From Podarcis liolepis (lineage: Eukaryota): DNA of 64,000 nt. Under the pieces are notes generated by a model, which was given only the letters and a program-made list of their open reading frames with translations, made no database searches and had not been told where the DNA came from. Shown in pieces: positions 57,801 to 64,000 of the stretch. The stretch lies in the NCBI GenBank assembly GCA_965112155.1, contig OZ218104.1; one strand, given 5' to 3'. A program made the position numbers and the translations under genes. Positions within the stretch are counted from its first letter, which is position 1; each line of letters starts with the position of its first letter.

Positions 57801-60800
57801 AGTAAGCATGCCAAGGATCAGACTGCAGGTCCCTGCCCGGGAAAACACCAAAAATGGTGCTGGGCCTTGATAGTTTTTTTTAAAAAACCCTTGTCTGGCT
57901 AGGATGCAGGACACACCCACCCACCATCTGATCACTTACAGCAAACTTGGCAAGGACATAGGCGCCTGCTCCCACACCAATCCCGATCACATACTTGAAC
58001 CTGCGGAAAGAAAAGTGATTAGTGGTCCCCTAGGTAGCCACTTCCCTTCCTTCCTCCCACTGGTGGACTTTCGTGGCTGTCCTTTAAGCCTCCTTCACTC
58101 AACTAAAGTTTGATGCTTCGTGTTTGATGCCAAATATCTTAATCATAGAACTTTTATAAGACAAATACTATCAGATTATTTATTTCCTTCCAAGCAACTC
58201 ATTAACCAGATCTAAAATATTCCTCAGCTTTATCAGTGGCAATTTATCCAATTATTTCATTCACTCATGCCATCATTTTCTCCATCCTGCTGCCTTCTGG
58301 ATGGGTTGGACTACATCAACCCCAGCCAGAAGGACCAGATGGTGTTGGGGAAGATGGGAACCAGAGTCCAAAACATCTAGAGGGCAAGAGGCTGGCAAAG
58401 GTATGATGCTTTTGCTCCCAGCTAAATTAAAAACCATCCTCCTCCTTCCACTGCCTCCCTGGGAGTCCTGCCCCATCATGTGATTTCACAACAAGGACAA
58501 GTAGGTTACCCAAGGCTCACCCAAAGTGCTGGACGACACTGGGCAGCATGGCAGCTAACTGGTCCATGGAAGGATACTGGTACCTGTGAAGACAAAGGAG
58601 AGCCAGGACACAACGTTGAAGTCTTTTCCGAGCATGATGGGGGAGATCTGAGGGAAAGACCGACAGGAACTAGGGAAGCACCCCCTTTTTTTGCTCTTCT
58701 GGGGAAGCCCCAATTCTCCTTTAGAGAAGTCCCCATCCTCTGAGCCAGTCCTGGGCCTCTCCTTCCTCCCCCAATCAGTGGGGGTGTGGGGCTGGCCTGA
58801 TTCAGCATCTGAACTATTGGTTGCCCATGCCATTTACCCTTAGAGAAGGTCCAGCCGTGTTTGCCTTGAACCAGGGCCAGCTCACATGACCAACATGACT
58901 GATACCCTGACTCATGACAGTTATTCCTCCCAGGAAGAGTTGATATCAGCATGCAATGAGAAGGTCGTCATCCACCACAAGTTTCACATCCTCACTAGGT
59001 TGCCAAGTTACAACCATCACCACAGCATGACCCACAAGGGAGTGTTTGAGGGACTCCGTTTAAGGCAGGAATGGAGAACCCTGTGCCCTTCCAGATGGGG
59101 TCCAAGTGCAATTCTCATTGGCTCCAGCCCACCTGGCTGACGGCTGGTGAGGACGGAAGCTGAGGTCTGACAACACCTAGAGGGCCACACGTTCCTCATC
59201 CCTGATGGGAAACCTGGCCAGGTGTGGCCAGCTGTGCTGGAAGACAGGTGTAGCAATGATGATCAAGCAATCCCATAACACAGCAAGAACAGAGTGTGTC
59301 CTAGACATTTCAGACTACAACTCCTATCAGCCCCAGCCAGCTCGGCTGTATGATGTTGGTGGATAATGGGAGTTGTAATCCAAAATGCCTGGGGGGGGGC
59401 GCCAGTTTGGGAGAGGCTGCTCCATGGGAGGCACCTACCCCTGAGGGAACTGTGAGGCCCCCGCCTGCTGCCCAGGAGCATCCACATGGCAGACCACAAA
59501 GTGCTTGGTGATCTCTTGCATATCCTCAAAGTTGAAGAAAGTGTTGAAGCAAAGCTTGTCTGCAAGGGAGCAAAGTGGGGGCGGGAAGAGAGACAGAGTC
59601 AAAGTCAACAGGACTCAGGACAAAAAAAAAAAAAGGTTGCAAAACTTGAGGAACAAAGAAGCATGTCCTTGGAAATAAATTCTGAGTGCTGGTTGCCCCG
59701 TCCTTTATTTTATTATATTATTGTATTTACAGCATTTATAAACCTTTGTTTCCTCCAAGGAGCTCAAGGTGGTCTGCGTGGTTCTCACCTTCCCATTCTA
59801 TCCTCACAACAACCCTGTGAGGTAGGCTAAGCTGAGAGGCAGTGACTGGCCCAAGGCCACCCAGTGGGCTTCAGGGCTGAGTGTGGATTCGAACTCCAGT
59901 CTCCCAGGTCACAGTCTAACACTCTAACCATGAACACCACACTGGCTCTCCTGTGTGACCTGCTTGTGCCCTAATGTCAGCCAGGTGTGGGGAGGAAGAA
60001 ATATTCCTTTCAAGCAATTTCTGCACCAGTGTAACTGCCTAGTGCTGGGAAACCATCATCCCTGGCCTTCAGGGGCCCAGTTGTCCAACTAACAAGGAAC
60101 CTGTGAAATTGCTGGGTACTTAAAGGGGTTGGAGCATGACACAAATTTGCATTTGTTCATTGTTATGTATAAATGTAGATTGAATTGAAAGGTTAACTGC
60201 ACTGGCACCAGAGCCCTCTGAAGAGACACCTCTGCCACCAGACACAGGTGGCTTTGAGAGGTCAGGGGAACCCCGAGGAGACTAAAAGGCAGTCCCCAGA
60301 GCCTGAAACAGTGGTTCCCAAACTTTTCTGGCCACTGTGTCATTGGTTCCATAAACTGCTCGCCCCCCCAATACTCCCCACTTTGGGAACCACTGATAAT
60401 GCCTCACGGCCTAGAAAAAGGCACTGGCCTTTTATTTGGCCAGATGGCTCACCCAGAGAGTGATGCTTCCATCTTGACTACCACACCCCCACACTGAAGC
60501 TCTGTCAGCATATCCAAGACTTTGCTGAGGCAACTTGTGTTGCCTGCCTCAACCATAGCCAGCAGCACTAGCCATGGGCCTTGCAGAAGGCCTGGCCTGC
60601 TTTCCCCAGCTGCTCTGTGGGACCAGGCCTACTGATCTTCCCCTTTCTCGTGCCCACTCCTTGCCTTGCTGGTGGAGAACACCATTGTGCCAGTCCTTGC
60701 TGCTGAATGTGCTAACCTTTGGAGTTTCCCACAGAACAGACTTCAACCTCCAGGTGTTGGTGGACTCCAACTCCCATCAGCCCCAGCCAGCACAAGCATA

Positions 60801-62836
60801 TGATGCTGGGGTTGGTGGGAGCAAGCCATGCTGGTGCGCACACACTTTAGGGCAGCCTTTGCCAACCTGACGCCCTCCAGATGTTGGACTACAACTCCCA
60901 TCAGCCCCAGCCAGCACAGGGTCATCTAATGCAACTCCCTGCAACACAGAAACACATACTGGAGTGCAATGGTTTGCCACTGGCATTGTCCAGATTCTCA
61001 GGGACAGAAATTTCAGGGTAAAGGGGTGACATGGAAACAAGGTCCCTGGATCAGCTCTGCTCCCAGCACAGCCTAGAATATGCCTGCAAGGAATCAGCCT
61101 GCAGCTTTCCATTCTGTTCTCTTGACAGCTTTTTTCCTGCCTCTCTCCTTTTTCAGGCTGTGGCAGATTAGCCTCCCAGCCACCTTTCCTGCAGCCCCCC
61201 TCTCCCTCTGCAGCATTCCAAGGTGACCTTTTTGGACAAGCAGCAGCAGTTTCATGCCGAACAGTCACATGACCGCCGCCTCCTCACCCAGCCACATCTC
61301 TTCTCCTCCCTCCCACCAGCAGCAGCAGCAACAGCAGCCTCTGCCACCAGCCAGCCTCTGCCAAAGGCACAGGGCAGCAGAGTAGGCCTGATCTTTCCTG
61401 GTCAGTTAGTGACCAGTTTGAAATGTCAACACTTGCCATCTGCACTGTCAAAATCTTGGGTTGCAGCTCAGTGGAAAAGCAGCTGCTTTGCCTGCAGAAT
61501 TCAATTACCAGCATCTCCAGGAAGGGCTGGGAGAGATCCCTGCTTGAAGTCCTGGAGGGCTGCTGCCGGTCAGTGCAGACAACACTGAGCTAAATGGATC
61601 AAGCTGTCTGACTCAAAATCATAGTTTCCTATGTTCCTTATTGTTATGATTGGGGAGGCAAGCTCCACATTCAGTGAAGGGTTAGAGTTTGAGAAGACTC
61701 CAGCTAATGGATTCCTGAACCCTGGCTGGAAGAGACTGCACTGAGAGATCAGGGGCCATAATTGGCTGTTGCTTTGGAGCCAAGTTTGCTGAAGCTATGA
61801 GAGAAGCATTGAGGGACACTCTTTGGGTGTAATGCTCTGCACCCCCTCTGTTGAAGGCTCCAGGTGTAAATATGTGTGAACAAACCATATTTCTAAGACA
61901 CGGAAGACTTGGTGCCTTGATTTTGCAAGGGAAATTTGCAACCACCATACTCAAATTGTACAAGACCTTCATGGGCACACAGGTGACAGCGGGCATAAGG
62001 AACAGGACCCAACAATAGGGCCTCCAGCTTTAATTATTCATTTAACAAAATTTATGCACTTCTTGATTGAAGTAAAATCTCTAACCAGTTTACAAAAAAC
62101 ATTAAAATTATCAAGAAAGAAAAACAGTTTAAAATAATTAAAACAGCCAAAAAAGATTAAAGGGTGTCAGCATCTACATGTCTGGATAGGCCTGCCTTAA
62201 ATGAAAGTTATACCCAGGCCCTGAAAAGAGTACAGCGAAGGGCCTCCTTGATGTCAAGAGGCAGGGAGTTTCAAATTTATTTATTTATTGGTCTCAATTT
62301 TCATCTGCCTCTTGATCTGCTGGACCAGTCTAGTCTAAAAATAAATGCAAGAATTTATACCCTTTTTTGAAATACTCGTTTTATCTGAGGAAGCGTTTGG
62401 TGTAGTTCGGAAGCTTATGTCACCTTCAGACTTTTGGCTGGCCTAATCATAGTTCTCTACCCAACTCTGTGTCTCTGTTTCTTGGTGACCAACTAAAATC
62501 GGACCCCTCTCTTCTGCCTCAAAACATCTTGGGACTCGCAGCCCCACAAGTGCAAATCAGCCAAGGAGGCCTCATGCACTGAAGTTGCGGCCTGCTGCCC
62601 CCATCCTGCTCCTTTCTGGTGCCCAAACCATGAAGCACAGTTGGTCCAATCAACAGCAACTGAGAAGCTCCCACCCTTTGGTGGAGTTACTCCTCTCCTG
62701 CCCTGGTCAGAAGGAAAGTGCTACACTTACGATTGAGTCCCACATCATGGTACGTCAGGAGAGCCGGGCGATTTCCCTTCGGGGACCCCCGAATGACGAC
62801 ATGCAGCAGCCCATATGGAGTCTCGATATCGTGCTC
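45640..62836 (-). CDS. NDRG4: NDRG family member 4 (14 coding exons; first exon(s) beyond window end)
   Basis: Translation [25 protein letters not shown]...[15 protein letters not shown]...HTMEVSC*; alpha/beta-hydrolase-like NDRG; lacks the NDRG1 decapeptide repeats; synteny. Confidence 0.97.
46015..46240 (-). mobile_element. CR1-like LINE 3' remnant
   Basis: Reverse-complement similarity to 1745-1980. Confidence 0.6.
47027..47390 (+). mobile_element. Full-length Sauria SINE
   Basis: tRNA-like head with B box GGTTCGAATCC, Bov-B-like tail ending (ACCTTT)2, target-site duplication TTATATCCCATGCT(GG) on both sides. Confidence 0.93.
48243..48281 (-). CDS. NDRG4: NDRG4 39-nt cassette exon
   Basis: [13 protein letters not shown]; symmetric phase 1-1; matches the alternatively included 13-aa NDRG4 insert of mammals. 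Confidence 0.88.
49830..49881 (-). CDS. NDRG4: NDRG4 exon
   Basis: [17 protein letters not shown]. Confidence 0.95.
50400..50435 (-). CDS. NDRG4: NDRG4 exon
   Basis: [12 protein letters not shown]. Confidence 0.94.
50952..51120. mobile_element. Non-autonomous hAT-type MITE
   Basis: Perfect 17-bp TIR CAGTGGCGTAGCGTGGG; 8-bp TSD GCTGCCAT at 50944-50951 and 51121-51128. Confidence 0.92.
51634..51681 (-). CDS. NDRG4: NDRG4 exon
   Basis: [16 protein letters not shown]. Confidence 0.95.
52090..52370 (+). mobile_element. tRNA-derived squamate SINE (Squam3-like)
   Basis: A/B boxes, core ctcagcctaacctacctcacagggttgttgtg, (AAAT)n tail. Confidence 0.8.
52807..52858 (-). CDS. NDRG4: NDRG4 exon
   Basis: [17 protein letters not shown]. 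Confidence 0.95.
52953..53009 (-). CDS. NDRG4: NDRG4 exon
   Basis: [18 protein letters not shown]. Confidence 0.95.
53419..53634. mobile_element. Tc1/mariner (pogo/Tigger-like) MITE
   Basis: 18-bp perfect TIR CAGTGGTACCTCGGGTTA; TA TSD; internal TAACCTGAAGC repeats. Confidence 0.92.
53843..53946 (-). CDS. NDRG4: NDRG4 exon
   Basis: [34 protein letters not shown]. Confidence 0.95.
55171..55227 (-). CDS. NDRG4: NDRG4 exon
   Basis: [19 protein letters not shown]. Confidence 0.95.
56460..56970 (+). mobile_element. Degraded L1-like ORF2 C-terminus and 3' UTR with (GTTT)n
   Basis: Frameshifted [34 protein letters not shown] resembles the L1 ORF2 end; A-rich tail. Confidence 0.45.
57220..57306 (-). 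CDS. NDRG4: NDRG4 exon
   Basis: [29 protein letters not shown]. Confidence 0.95.
57470..57607. repeat. Short palindromic MITE-like repeat, representative copy of an abundant family
   Basis: Arm ccaacctggtgccctccagatg..gactac and its reverse complement; other full or partial copies at ~22541, 34375, 37335, 37525, 42229, 47780, 55395, 58290, 59300, 60742. Confidence 0.75.
57940..58000 (-). CDS. NDRG4: NDRG4 exon
   Basis: [20 protein letters not shown]. Confidence 0.95.
58521..58583 (-). CDS. NDRG4: NDRG4 exon
   Basis: [20 protein letters not shown]. Confidence 0.95.
59439..59559 (-). CDS. NDRG4: NDRG4 exon
   Basis: [39 protein letters not shown]. Confidence 0.95.
59703..59950 (-). mobile_element. 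Squam3-like SINE
   Basis: Reverse-complement similarity to 52090-52370; B box GTTCGAATCC. Confidence 0.8.
62380..62500 (+). mobile_element. Old Penelope-type terminal remnant
   Basis: CTGAGGAAG...TTCGGAAGCTTA motif and downstream sequence resembling reptile Penelope ends (from recall). Confidence 0.45.
62731..62836 (-). CDS. NDRG4: NDRG4 exon
   Basis: [35 protein letters not shown]. Confidence 0.95.
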
Positions 62837-63129
62837 CTGGAGGAAAGATGGAAGAGAAAGAGTTGTATCAGTCCTCCCCTGGCAGGAAGAAGGGTCCAGG
62901 TGCACATTGCTTGATCCACTTCAGAATGGAGGAAGAGGCACCTGCGTCTTCTCTCTCTGATTCCCACTTTCCAATTTTCCCTGTGGAAGGCACTGCTGCT
63001 TCCATGGTCAGCCTGTTTGTACTGTTAGAAGAAGCCAGTCCCCATTTTCCCATAAGACCTCAGAAGTGTGGAAGCCTGGCTCCCTGCCCATCCTCTTTGT
63101 GTGTTTCCAGGGCCACCACAAAAGTCATC

Positions 63130-63365
63130 AGCAAGTATGGTGGAGCAGTTAAGAGTGTCAAACTAAGACCTGGGTTCAAACCCTGCCACCCTCTGCTATG
63201 AAGCTCACCAGGTGATCTTGGGCCAGTCACTACCTCTCAACCTATTCTACCTCACAGGGTTGTTGTGTGGATTAAATGAGGAGGAGGACTGTGTACGGCA
63301 CCTTGAGCACCTTGGAGAAAAAGGTGGGATATAAATGCAATGAAATAATCAATATATATATAATA
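63130..63365 (+). mobile_element. Squam3-like SINE
   Basis: Same core and tail as 52090-52370. Confidence 0.75.
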
Positions 63366-64000
63366 AGTGGGCAGAGGGATGAACATCCGTATCCTGCATG
63401 GGATAAGTGGGGTTCCCCTCTCGTAAAACACACATAGTAGCAATCTACCTCATGGAGCTGCTGTGAGAACAACCTAAAACACCCACTTTTTAAAAGGACT
63501 CCCTGAATGATTATAAAAATGATGCAAATAGTCTGCAATTTGTTAAGCTGAAGTGATACATTTCTAGGGTAGTCAATTCCAGTAACGATGTGGGAGCCAG
63601 TAGATCAGGGACCAATTCATCTGCTCTATCACACCAGAGAGGGGCAGAAAATGGGGGTCAAACAGCAGCAAGGTGCTGCCAGGATGGATCAAATGTATCT
63701 GAACATAGCTGATGATGGGGCATCTGACTATGGGTCCCTAGTGACCCTGGCCTAGTGAAATTATTCAAAACAGAAGGTTGTGATCTGTCCCTGTCCTGAG
63801 AGGCTGGGCACCAATGCCCCTGATGCCAACGCATGAGTATAAAAGGGCCACAGTTGCCAACAATATTCATAAATATTCTAGTGGCCCAAAGGACTCAAGG
63901 AAGGGATTGGGGCCCTGCTGCTCACTTGGAAGAAGGCAATCCAGATCTATTATTAGCTATTAATAATAATAATAATAATGTACGGTATATCCTGCTTATA

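Overview
Vertebrate genomic DNA, very likely a lacertid lizard (full-length Sauria SINE and squamate-type repeats). It carries the syntenic block CNOT1-SETD6-NDRG4, as at human 16q21. Plus strand: the last 29 coding exons of CNOT1 (<1-26580, 3' UTR to ~27575). Minus strand: complete SETD6 (9 coding exons, 39532->29184, 454 aa, CpG-island promoter) and 14 coding exons of NDRG4 (62836->45640, 5' end outside the window, ~3.8 kb 3' UTR). Exon boundaries were placed by hand and reading-frame phases are consistent throughout. Introns and intergenic DNA hold SINEs, hAT and Tigger-type MITEs, LINE remnants and Penelope-like remnants with degenerate hammerhead-ribozyme cores. I see no convincing new multi-gene system. 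The best leads are: candidate truncating or poison exons in CNOT1 introns; a Penelope/hammerhead remnant between NDRG4 and SETD6; an unusually extended fold-back in a SETD6 intron; and a telomere-repeat-bearing hAT MITE family. Comparisons to human sequences and repeat families come from recall, not from searches.
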